A stretch of DNA of 63,402 nt, counting the filler, from Bigelowiella natans CCMP2755 (Eukaryota; Protista; Cercozoa): NCBI GenBank assembly GCA_000320545.1. It is 6 parts of 6 records of this genome, joined end to end, with 100 filler letters (N's around TTAATTAATTAA, not from the genome) between each part and the next. Parts side by side here need not be neighbours in the genome. Positions count along the whole stretch, not along the records: positions 1 to 30,829 come from ADNK01000898.1; 5 more parts are not named here. One strand, written 5' to 3'. Position numbers and translations under genes: made by a program. Positions 1 through 12,055 of this stretch are shown piece by piece (position 1 is the first letter of the stretch; each line of letters opens with the position of its first letter). The notes beneath the pieces were generated by a model that ran no database searches, was not told the DNA's origin, and saw nothing but the letters and a program-made list of their open reading frames with translations.

Positions 1-443
1 CGCTTGGAACAAGTGAATGCGAAATAAATCCCAGCGACGGTGTACAAGCTCTCATCTCCGAAACCACCTTGGCAGTGGATCGCCAAACGATCGGTTTTGT
101 CCCCCATGCGATTCACACCCGACCCTCACACCACACACTTGTGAGGCGGATGTGATGTTGACTTAGATTCGTTCAATGGTCATCTCGAAGTGGCTGTACG
201 TAACTAGCCAGAAAGCTGCGTTTACAGGGCTTAAATTGTGTTCGTCGGTTACTGCACTTGCGTGGGTTATCATGAAAAATGTGTTGGCAATTCTGCGCGC
301 GCGAGCGATCTACGCATGCTAGCTTGTCTAGTAGTCCACCCATCCTCCTACACACATCAGTCGATTGCAACATCCCCTTTCTTTATCTGACTCGACAATG
401 CCCCCCATCCCCCCAACCCCCCCCCTAGTCCCATTGCAGCTAC

Positions 444-626
444 CCGTCCATGGTTTTGGCTGAGGAGAGGGAGGAACGCCTGGGTGACGCTGTGGGGAGG
501 AGGAAAAACACCAGACGGAAGAAACAAGCACAATGAGAGCTTTAGAAGGATAGGGGACTTTCACGAATGAAATGGCCTCATATTGCCCACACGGTAGTGT
601 GCTTATCATGGAACCAGTTACGACAG

Positions 627-658
<32 letters not shown>

Positions 659-1017
659 ACGTGCGGGGCTGTGAAATGATGATTCTTCGCTGCTCAATGG
701 CCTTCGTCGGAACAGTCGCGATTTCGCATCGCGCGGCCGCGCGGCGGCGCGGCTGCTGTTTCCTGTAAGAATGGAGGTTGCATAACCGACCGTAGCACTC
801 CGAAGACGTTTACGTTGAACACGGCCATCACCCCCTCGATGGACTGCGATGATGATAATGATGATAATGATGATGATGATGATAATGATGATGATGATGA
901 TGATGATAACGAAAATTAACTGCTTCCATGATAGCTCCACCCACGCATGTGTATACGTGATGAAGCCAAACAGTATCGATCTTAGCTCAGGCAGATATTT
1001 TCTCGTGGCCCCCCCTT

Positions 1018-1054
<37 letters not shown>

Positions 1055-1083
1055 GCACACTAACATGCACACATAATATATAT

Positions 1084-1122
<39 letters not shown>

Positions 1123-1312
1123 AGGAGAGAAGAAAGAGGGGGAGAAAATGCACTCATTTCCCCTTCTCTCTATCTCCATTGATTCGTGAAGTGAGGCGTG
1201 CTCACCTCCCCCTGCCCACCAATCCCGGCATTGTTGACGAGCCCGATAAGGGGGAGAGCGGAAGCCTGGCGAAGCAGAAAGAGAAACACACACACACACA
1301 CACACACACACA

Positions 1313-1355
<43 letters not shown>

Positions 1356-1970
1356 GGGGTGGGGCGAAGAAGATCAGCGGTGTGGCGACACACATCTAGC
1401 CATACACCACCACAACGATTTGTATGCAGCAGCTATGCTACGCAAGCAACCTCCTGGATCTTGTGATGGGGTGTCCCGTCGAATACGTGGCCGAGGCAAT
1501 TGAGAGCACAGTTAGTGAAGAGGAAAGGGGCAGGAGCGGTAAGGGCGGGGGGGGGAGGGGGGGGGGGAAGCGAATAATAATTACAAAGTAAACCCTTTCA
1601 ACGACGGAATGAACGATGCAGAAACAACAGTGCTCATCTGAGCCTGCGGCTGATCAAATGCGCCTTTCGTCGGGCTTATTCGTTAGCCACCCTTCCGAGG
1701 CCATTTGATGCTAGCCGCAGCGACAACAAAGTTGTCCACCGAGTCTCAGGAAAACATGACCGCTCTATCAGACTCCGCCGATTTTTGCCTGCACAAAGCC
1801 GCTGATGGCCTCCCGGTTGCAGGACGAAAACCTTTCGGTTTCGACTCTTGAACGATGTTGAGCCGAACTAATACTGGCTAAATGAAACGCACCAGCCATC
1901 TATTGCCTTTCTCCCTTTATTGCTTTCTCTCCACGAAAGCCAGCTGGATTTATTTCGATCTCTCATCATA

Positions 1971-2001
<31 letters not shown>

Positions 2002-3209
2002 TTACTGAGCTCATCCGGGTCATCTACCTCTTGCAGCGCAGCTGTAATCGTTTCCGTATTTGTCACATCAATAACAATCGGAAGGATTTCTCCTCCTTCA
2101 GAGCCATCCTAAAATTTTGTGTGGTACACATGTGCTTGAACGTGCATACTCCCAATATTAGCGTATTGTATCATCATTTGCCCAGCAGCGGTCACATATA
2201 TTTATGCGTTTGGATAAGAGTGAGCACGTTCCACCGCCCGTTTTAGCCCCCCCCCCCCCTTCCTCTCTCCCTCTGGCTCCCTCTCTCCTCTTCTCTCGGA
2301 AATGGCCTCACCGAAGATTGAAGCGAGCGCCATTCCTCGACTAGTGGCAGTTTCTTCGTCTCGGTCCGTACCCCGGCGAACACGGTGAACCTATATTTCG
2401 CACTCTTTCATTATGGTCGAAATCCTCTTCAACATTTCACATAATCCCCTGCCGGCACCAGAGCCAGCAGCTGCAGCCCTGGTTGTGGGATATGCGGCCG
2501 TGCGCTGCGTGGGACTGCTACCTACCCTTTCTTCGCCAGCGAAAAGGACACGTGCTTCCCTGTATGGAAACCGCGCAGAGAGGCATGTGAAAACGATGTT
2601 TGGAGAAGATATACAACTGCTCTAGTACCACGTTCTATAATGAACCCTAAATGATCTCACCTATACCCGAGGAGGAACCCGTTATTAACACGGCCCCATG
2701 ATCATGCACCGGAGCTTCGAGCCTGCTCGACAGCGTGTGGTCTTTTTCAGTATAGAGGCCGGCCGCGCGCGCGCACACACCATTCCGCGCACATAAGATC
2801 TGTGCGCAAACACTACTCTACCTGAGGAGGTACGACATAGCAACGGATAGAGAAATGGGGATGATGAAGACGGCTACAAGGGAGCACCCTAGTCGGCACC
2901 ACGCCTGAAACATATTACAAGAGCATCGCTTATCGGGCATGCATCCTACGAAGAAAATGAAAACAGCAACAGATATGATTTCTACATGTGTCTGAGGCCC
3001 ATACGTACGCGCACACGCCCACATCAATTAGGATTTGCATGGCATCAGATGTGTGCATACGAGACACTCTGGGGCTTGTCCTTCATTCGTAATACCTTGC
3101 TCTTCCCTTGATTATTACGATTTTGTCCACCGCGGCCTTGAGAATTAGAGCCACTTCCATTCTTCCCGCCTCCGCCATCACCCCCACCTTTATTTTCCCC
3201 GGCAAGCAT
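444..3209 (-). CDS. Membrane-anchored classical short-chain dehydrogenase/reductase (RDH/17beta-HSD/BDH1-like); multi-exon, 3' part runs off the left edge
   Basis: Spliced minus-strand exons give MLAGENKGGG.., a TM segment (LVAVFIIPISLSVAMSYLL), GAVLITGSSSGIG (TGxxxGxG), KHVSFSLAKKG/FTVFAGVR, ILPIVIDVT, LIGLVNNAGI (~1220-1265), VFNVNVFGVLR (791-843) and VTQAFLPLLSQNHGR (444-489). The catalytic YxxxK is not in the window. Confidence 0.88.
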
Positions 3210-3417
3210 GATCGATCTTTCTCTGGAAAATGCGCACGAGGGGTCGGACAGCCAAATAGATCTGGCAAATACTCGCAGAAACGAGATCTTGAACATTCCG
3301 TAGAACTGGATAGTATTCCATGTCGCAGCCTTGAAAACCCCGGTTTGTTCGCCCTACGAGTAACTTCCAGCGAAACGTCTCGTATCAGTTTTGTGCTGGA
3401 AGGGAAATAGGCGAATT

Positions 3418-4119
3418 ATGTTGAGCGACAACCGTTTTTATCGGTATTACAATAAGAATCAGCCTCGTGTTGTTCTGCAACTCGCTCGCGCCCTCTTCCC
3501 CTCCCTCCTTCCTTATGCCACGCCGAATCCAGCAGGCGGAGCGGAGGCATCTCACCCGCAAGGCGGAGCATGAAACGTGGAACTTTCTTCAGGATAAAAC
3601 GTCGTGAAATGAGATTCACGGAACGATGACAACCGCCCCTTTTTTCCGATTGGCCAGCTGTTCGGAATGTTTGACTTGTTCTCGCATTAGATACGCTCTT
3701 TTTTTGCGATTCCAATGATCCCGATCCTCTCGTAGCGCTGAACCTTCGTCTATAAAATTTGCAGAAAAGGTGCGCACCAGAACTGGGACGGGCAAAGAGC
3801 TGACTTGAGACAGACCAGATTCCATAGGGGGTTCAGCAGGTTGTTGATTGGGAAAATTACTGATGTCCCCCTGGCGATGAATAAATACCTTTATCTGCGA
3901 AAATAGGAAACGAGGAGAGCAAATCAAGAAAGAAATGAGGGAATCTATGCCAGGTCGCAAAGTGTTAAGATGGGTCATTCTGTTCCGATATCCTCGGATG
4001 TTCTAATCATCATATACGGTGTTGTGATCGCAGAATTCCAATGGCATCATGAAGTAAAGGGCCAAAGGCGTTTGCAAACTGCCCAAGCTAGGTGAGGAAC
4101 AAGTCATATATGTGTATAG

Positions 4120-4160
<41 letters not shown>

Positions 4161-4734
4161 TATAATATTATATACATATGTAATTTTTTCACATATACAC
4201 ATATATAGATGTGTGTATATAATATGTATTATGTGTGTAAACATAACAGGCGTGAGAAGCTGCGAAAGTGTCTCCAGAGAAACGGAAACATAATAACTGG
4301 ACAGGTTTCTTCACACCCCATTCATCATTACTTCTCACGGTTGTTTCTCCCCAACAAGATGCTCATATAAAGCTATCCATCCATAATCTCAGGGAATGCC
4401 AGAAGAATCTAAATTAGGAAGAGCGCATATAAGCGAAGAACCAAGCCAATACATGAAGAAAGAATCTCGAGTCAGAATGGTAGGAATGATTAACATACAT
4501 CGATGGCTTATAATCTTGCAACAAAACCTAAATTTATCATCCACCCCATGCATGCTAAAGCAAACTGGAGGAGGCCGATATCACATACCATTAAGTCCTC
4601 GTGGAGCAAGAAAGAACTTAAGACGCCAGCAACCGCGAGTCCAACAAGCGTTGAAGCAAAGATCATCCGGTAGCGCAAGTTACTTACACACCGACCGTCT
4701 CTTCTATGAATTGACAGCTTTTATTTTGCAGTAA
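3418..4734 (+). CDS. Hypothetical multi-exon basic protein, boundaries uncertain
   Basis: A GT-AG intron containing (TA)n (about 4092-4249) joins EVKGQRRLQTAQAR to REKLRKCLQRNGNIITGQ in frame; further exon-like segments at 4396-4734. No family motif recognised. Confidence 0.35.
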
Positions 4735-5768
4735 TTGGCTATGGTCGATCGGATCTACAGTCGCTGGGCACTCTAGATAACTTCTCTGAAATCCCGCTGA
4801 TGAAAGCGAGAAAAGTTATTCCATAGAAGGAATTCAGAGATTAAAAGGATCGCAAACTTTTCCACAGCAGCTCCCACATCAACTCCCATTGCGTTTAAGT
4901 ATCCGGATCGCAGTGCTAGAAACCTTACTGATAATTCATATGATCAATAAGTGTTTACAATGACGTGCCTTATCTCTACCCATGGCGCTATCAATTTGTG
5001 AGGCGGATGTTATTTAATTTCGTTCACATGCTTACATGCTTACACGGCATATAGTGGTATAGGCGTACGTACACTCTATATATCGATTACTTCAAAGAAA
5101 AAATGCAATTTGTTCATTACATCTCGTATCATAATCGCGCGGTGCATGGGGATGCATGATGACACATGCTATGCACGCGACGCAAGCACACAACGCCCGC
5201 GCGCTGCCTGCTCTATATATGAATATATAGCTAGGTACTGCATATATTGCATGGCATGCCGCGCAGACAAACAATGCAATAGCAGCAATATAGTTGAAAA
5301 AGCGTTACATTGTTTTTATAAATTGTTAAGCTACTGCCTCCATCCGCTACCGTATCTCTCGCCGACATGTAGATGATCAGATTACGATGCAGACTACGCG
5401 AGTGTGTCGCAGTTTATCGCAGCTAGTCTATGACCAGGCGCATGCTGCTACATGATTTCCTAGATGCAGCAGCTTGGATGTAATTGGATATTATTGTAGT
5501 TGTTTAAGACTGACGTGGATTCGATCGATCGATCGTGTGTATTCACCATGTGCTGTTGCATTTAGTATACCCTCAATGATATTCACGTACACAATCAGTT
5601 CGGAAAAGCTTGAGTTGGAACTACTTGCCATGCATGCACACTCGACCCCATTGCTCATAAGTGTCGCAGATGAGTCAGTCAGTCGTACGCAATAATAGTC
5701 CGTATCAAAGAATTTAGAACGTGAGAAGGCCTCTCTGCATGCAGCCGAGCGCTATCCCTGCGGTGACG

Positions 5769-6767
5769 CTAGGCCCCAACCTCAAGCAATTTCCGGAAGG
5801 CTTCGCACTTCCACACCTACGCAACGCTATTCTCAGAGAAAAGCCAAACGACGATCTCACTGCGGAAGAGCCGAAGGAATGGCACAATATGACATGGGCC
5901 GGTCATCAAAACCCCAGCAAAGACTCTACCTCGGGCAACTTCGAGACGATATCCAGGTAGGTCTGGAGACTGGCTTTGCGGTCGCGGATAAAGTCCAAAT
6001 CGTGCGCCCCGAAAAGCTGGTACATGGTACAAGATGGCAAGGACGATTTAGTTTCGATAGTTTTGTATACGTCAACGTTGTCGAGTAAGAGAGCCTTTTA
6101 CCTTTGACTTCGCTGATGGAAGCGAGGGAATGTTCTCTATGAGACTACTCTTACCTGTTCGCAGATTTATCGACAAAACAATCGTTAAAACTGCTTCCGT
6201 AAATATGACACAGATTAACAAATGAACGAGGTTTTTGTGATACTAGCATGGTTGGTTCAGCAAAAACTAAAGCTCGCACCCTGCTCCTTGTAGAAAGCGA
6301 CCAATTTCTGAAGACAGCGACGTATGGCAACAAAATCATCGTCATTACATATGTGAAGAAGGATGCGTAGAACACATTAATCGTAACCAAACCTTATTGA
6401 AATCCGCGAACATGGAATATCGGAGCTGGACCACAACAACATATGGGAAAATAGTCAATGCGGTGCAGACTGAGTAGTAGTAGCTCAAATGATATCTACA
6501 AGTCAAACTGGCGTTTTGATTGCCATATATGCAAACTTAGCCCATGTTACAAGAAAAAGTGCATCAATGTGGACAGCTCCTCTTCTCTTACCAAAGCCTT
6601 TCCATATTTCTTTCCAAGGAAAGTCTCAACTTCGTAGCAGTGGAACTGAAAATGATCATTTTGGCCATTAGAAACTTCTCCATTTTCAGAAGGATACGTG
6701 TTTCCTTAAATAAGGATACCCAGCGTGTAGTCGTAACCCAACAACGCACACATAAGCACGCATAAGC

Positions 6768-6802
<35 letters not shown>

Positions 6803-7737
6803 CACGCACGCATACATATGCGAGCATGCGTGACTATGAATTGGTAATTCTGTTTGAGTGAGGATTGTACACGCAAGATCCATAAATAAGTCTACCAAAA
6901 CCTACCGTGCCCGTGAATTGCTTCATCTCCTTGATAGCGTTGATCTTAATCCTCACGGTCTTGCCTATTGATGAATAGAAATATGAACAATCCAAAGTAT
7001 GGAGTAGTATAAATGTAGCACGATTCATTTGCATAGCTCCATAGCGACAACCAAATCCAAAGTACACCCGTCCTCATTTTTCAGTGTGTTGAAAATTTCT
7101 GATTTAGCTTCCACTGACAATGGGCCACTCGTGTTTTTTATTTTTTACGGTCGGTGTATTCTTGAAAAATATTGACCTTCGCTTGCTTCAGTGTATTCCT
7201 TATTTATTTTCTTTCTCTCTGCGTACACGCGGTCTTTCTCGCTATGATGAAAATATGCACAGAAGAACATGATGATGACGATAATTGTATTAGAGCGACG
7301 TTTTGCAAACACGCCCAAAGTCCTTTGATGCAATCAACAGATGCCGTATATTTTCTAAATATGCCTTTTACGTCAACCTCTTAAGCTTTTTTTGGAAATC
7401 CTGGAGGATGACATCGAGTCCCTTCTCGAGTGATTCGAGATCCTTACAGAAGAATCAACCACACCACATCATAAACCCTCAGCATGAAAAATCTTGCAGG
7501 GATTATTTCTTTCGAAGAATGAAGAATATACAACCTCAGGAACAAAGCAATCATTGATGCCCTCGTTGAGTTCTAAGGGGAAATGAATTTGGATCGGATA
7601 CAAGCTTAGTCGAGACTGCAAGTGTAGTAGATTCCGTATTAGGGATCTTTTAACTCAGCCCTTGTAGCTAGATAAGTTGGTCACCGACTTTTGGTCAAAG
7701 CAAGGCATCTATTCCTGACTTCTTGCACGGATATCAT
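5769..7737 (-). CDS. Small sorting-nexin-like protein, N-terminal coiled coil + PX domain (about 190 aa, 9 exons)
   Basis: Spliced translation: MISVQEVRNRCLALTKKLNEG..DLESLEKGLDVILQDFQKKLK..KTVRIKINAIKEMKQFTGT/FHCYEVETFLGKKYGKAL/LRYSMFADFNK/ALLL..LPSCTMYQLFGAHDLDFIRDRKASLQTYLDIVSKLPE/VWKCEAFRKLLEVGA*. Matches the PX pattern (RYSxF; FIxxRxxxLxxYL; FxxxL). All junctions are GT-AG and phase-compatible. Confidence 0.85.
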
Positions 7738-8603
7738 CTGTACTAGCCGATTCCGAATTTATCTGCTCAGTGGGGAAGGGAGGGACTGCAACTGGGGGAA
7801 CGGGAAAAGTATCTCACCCGCACCCACGCTTTACAATTCCTTGTCGCAACTTGAAAACGCAATAGATTTCCGGAAAAGTTGGGTTCCTGAAAACGGGCGT
7901 TGAAACGCACGCTTGATGATAATCGAATTACGTCGCGACGTCGCGAGCTCGAACCGGTGAAAATTGATGCGATTTTTGTGATGAGGCATTCTTATTTTGT
8001 TGTCGTTGGACAATCACTCTAGCTGTCGCATCCAGGCCTCGTGGAGTTTTAAAGCAATCCCCGTAATACATACGTGTACAACTGATCGATGGCGTGGCTG
8101 GCAATTCGAGAGTGGTAGGGCCTAATCCATAAGGTCCGGTACTTGTTGTTAGTTTCCGTGAGGAGATAGAAGGGATTCGTTCGGTCGACCATTAAACGGG
8201 GACACTCGTTGCATTGTAGCGTTCGTGTGATGTGGGAATCTTGCCCTTGGATGCGTGAGTGAAGATACAATTCTGGTTTTGAATCAGAGATCAGAAACAG
8301 TGTCAAGAAGAGTAGAGGGTTATGAAAGACACTTTCGGTAACCAAAACACAGCATCATCGGAAAAAATGCAGAGCGCGAAAAGTATGTGTTGTACTTCAG
8401 AGCGGACAGGCGAATGTGGTGCCAGAAAAGCAGACGGCAAATCATCGCAAAATTCTCTTCACACTTTCAATAGCCGTACAATGAAATTCCCGCAAAGCTC
8501 ACCGCTTCCCTTCTTCGACACTGACGATCTATCTCCAAAAATCGCTGAAGCCCTAGTCTACCAGAACACACGTTCTAACCTGCAAGGGAATGCTGTGATT
8601 GAG

Positions 8604-11600
8604 ATGAAATCACCGATGCATCCGGATTCAGCTAGGGGTTCTTCGGAAGCCTTGGAAAGGTGATTGTGGACCAACTCAAGCATGTGTGATTTTTGGCGAA
8701 CTAATTATGTCTTAATCAGAGGCTTAGGAGGACATCACGCTGCAGCTTTTCAGAGCCCGCCGTCAGAGTTTCGAAGTCCTCGAGAATCAATAAGGTCTAA
8801 GCTCAGGATCATACCCAAAAAAGCAAAGGTGCATTGAAATAAACCATCCGCTCCACGGCACCTCTAATCGAACTGACTCCTACTTAGACCGACCACTTTG
8901 GCTATGAATTCTGCATCGCAGTGAAGGACTACCGCAAGTAAGATTCGAGCCACAAGCCATGCCCGACAAAAAGTAGAGGTTCGCGTTGCGTGAGCGAATG
9001 CTTCACGATTTGTTAGGTATCTGGAAAAGCTCCAAAAGGATGAGAATGAAATGACGATGGAAATGAAGGCCAAATGCACCGAACAGGCCAGGGAATATGA
9101 GAATACTCTAAAGTAATATACCCTAGCTACGATTCACTCGAATCAAAAGGCTTTTAAGCTTATTCTTTTATTGGTTTATTAACGGTGTAGATATCTCCTC
9201 AAGGACATCAAATCCACCCTTCCAAACGCCACAGTTATTCGCACGACCGAGGAGAATATGAATGTGCTGTTCATCCTCATTGGGGTCTCGAATGGCGATC
9301 TCTGTGCGGTGGCCGACAGGACCAAGCCGTGGCTGAAATTCAACAACGTGCACGCTCACGCGCGAGGGTAACGGATAAATAAATTGATACGATGAGATAG
9401 TGATATGAAGACAGGAACCAGCATTTTAATGCAAATTTTTTGTTTCGGTCATTTTCCCTCAATTGTGAAGCGGCGGTAATGTGCCTTCCCCCCTCTCCCG
9501 ATTGTTGCTAGTTACAAGCTCGACCTCGACCTTGCGGCCCATTTTGACAGCACGGAAGGGGTGTGGCACGACCTGTTCGGCCCGTTCGAAAATAACTTTC
9601 TCCATCTCTTCGAAACCTATCACGAGCTGAGACCAGATGGCCAGGGCAGATACCCGACGAAGTTCCGCCAGGTCGATCGCTTAAGCATCATCGATTACGT
9701 TGTAAACGATGAGGACCTCATTAACGGGCTCAACCTCGACGAGCGATATGGGCTGATCTTCGAGACCTCATTCCCCCTCATCAATGAGCCGCAGCGGGAC
9801 GAGCTTCTCCGGGTGTGGCGCTCATACACAATTCCAAGCTTCAAGCACTTATTATGCTGCGGCGGCGGAGTCTTTCCATTTTCTCAGCCCGTTGATAAGA
9901 TCGAAGCATACCTTGGCCAGAAGATTGCCTTGTATTTCGAGTTCCTGCGGCTGCACACCCTCTTCCTCATCCCCTCCGGGCTGATCGGGCTGGTGGTGTT
10001 CCTGTACCAGCTCCAAAGCGGCGGGGTGGACAACCTGGTGACGTCGGCCTACTCGCTCTTCGTCGTGTTTAACTTCATGGCCTTCTGCCGCTGCAACGAG
10101 CAGAATCAAAATATCCTCGCGGCCAAGTGGGGGTCGACGAAGCTCCTGGAGGAGGAACGCACCCGCCCGGATTACCGCGGAGAGGTGCAATGGTCGGAGA
10201 TCGATGGCGGCATGCAAATCAAGCTCCCGCCAGGCCAGAAGCTGATCCGTAGGCTGGTCGCGACTCTCGCCATCGTTGCCACAGTGATCTTCATATACGG
10301 GAGTCTGGCTGGGGGCTTCTACGCCGAGACCATTTTGGAGGGAACGCTATTCTCGGGGACGATCTTCGCCGTGATGCTCACCCTCGTCAACACGCTCACA
10401 CGAGTGCTTTCGTACATGCTGACGAATGTGGAAAACCCGAAGACGATAACGGAGTACAACGGCGCCCTCATAAAAAAACTGACGCTGTTCAAGTTCATGA
10501 CTGGGTTCGGTCTCTTATACTATTCCGCCTTTCTGGAGGAGCAGATCAGCGGGTCGTGCGGCTCGAGCTCGTGCGCGCAGAAGACTGCGGACTTACTCCG
10601 CGGTACTTTCATCGGGATGATTGTCATCAACAACCTATTAGAAATCGGCCTCCCCTCGCTCTTGCTTGCGTACTCAAAGTGTATGGCGTACTTGTCCGGG
10701 TCGGAAGAAGACGAACTCAGCGAAATCGAGGCGCAGTTCCACAGTGCGGACCATGGCGGGACGCTGGATGAATACGACGAAATCATCAGCCAGATTGGAT
10801 TCACCACCTTCTTCGTCCCATTCTTCCCCATAGCTCCTCTACTCGCCATCATCAACAACCTCATCGAGGTTAACATCGACTCGACGAAGACCTTGTGCAT
10901 AAGTAGGCGACCAATGCCCGAGAAGGCCAGCTCCTCGGGGCAGTGGAACTATGTGCTGAGCGTATTCTCGTATATCATGCTGGTCACCAACGCGGCCTCA
11001 ATCATATTTCGCTTCAAGTCGACCTCGGAGTTCATAGGAATCTCGTCGCTGCAAGAAAAATTCTTCGCGTTCTTCATCATTATAATGGGGATGCTGTTGA
11101 TGCAGACACTGTTCCTAGACATGCTGATTCCCAAGCTGCCGAAGAAGATCGAGGACCACCTGGCCCGGCAGGACCACGTTTGGCCATACCTCCTGGGGAT
11201 AAAGAGCAAGAACGACGACATCGAATTCAGCTATGAGTTCAATATGAAGCAAGTCACGCAGCAAATTCTAGGCTGTAGAGGACTCGATGAGAAAAAGAAA
11301 GGTCACCGATTGATTTGCGAAATTGAAATTTGATGGCTAATCTGTATCGTTGTGTATTATCATCAGCATTTGCAGGAAGCGAAGAGATGAAAGGCGACAA
11401 GATTGATGAATCTGGGTACCAGACCTTTTTTAGTGGAGGGAAGTCTCCAATCATGAGGATTTACATGCTCTTCGAGGCAGGCGCTATCATAGACATTGAG
11501 ATAGTGAACGAGCCCCCTACAGAACCGCCGGAGAGCCTCTGTGCATGCTGCTGCTGTGGCGGTGCAGACAGTGTAGATAACAGTGAGGTGAATTTGAGAG

Positions 11601-11728
11601 CAAGTTCTCAACATTTTGCTTTATTCGAGGAGAATAGCCGATGGTCTGATGTGAAATATGCAAACAACGGCCCTGATGGAAAGGTTACGGATGGGAAAAT
11701 GGTGTTCTCGGTATTGCTTCTCCCTATA

Positions 11729-11764
<36 letters not shown>

Positions 11765-12055
11765 TCTGTCTCTTTCATTCTCTCTCTCGAATTAGACTAT
11801 CTTCGTTACACAAATGTCTGTCGTCGAATACTATTCAATTCTTCCTACGACGTTATACCAAGTGCCCTTAATTTTGGGGATCAACAGGTTCAGGCACTCA
11901 AAGGCGAGGGTAACTTCGTGACGAACATTCATATGCGATTCGAGGTCGTAATTCTACTCGTATTTGACAAAATCTATTGTTCTGTTCCTGGAAGATTTAC
12001 ATTGGCGGTTTTTGCTGACCATGAAGATCTAGTGCTACACCCTTTCACCCTTTGA
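8604..12055 (+). CDS. Anoctamin/TMEM16 family Ca2+-activated channel/scramblase with an extra C-terminal domain (start may be 8481)
   Basis: ORF 9561-11333 has QPVDKIEAYLGQKIALYFEFL, ENPKTITEYNGALIKKLTLFKF, DEYDEIISQIGFTTFF, FPIAPLLAIINNLIEVNIDS, RRPMPEKASSSGQW. Upstream exons at about 8604-8659, 8720-8828, 8888-8937, 9018-9112, 9192-9367; downstream exons 11375-11710 and 11888-12055. Confidence 0.93.

Noticed and set aside
578-1503. ORFs with poly-Ile, [12 protein letters not shown] or ERER runs here and throughout
   Set aside because: Translations of intronic microsatellites.
3045-3296. Gly/Asn-rich ORF resembling a retrotransposon gag tail
   Set aside because: No zinc knuckle or pol domains; it splices in phase as exon 1 of the SDR gene.
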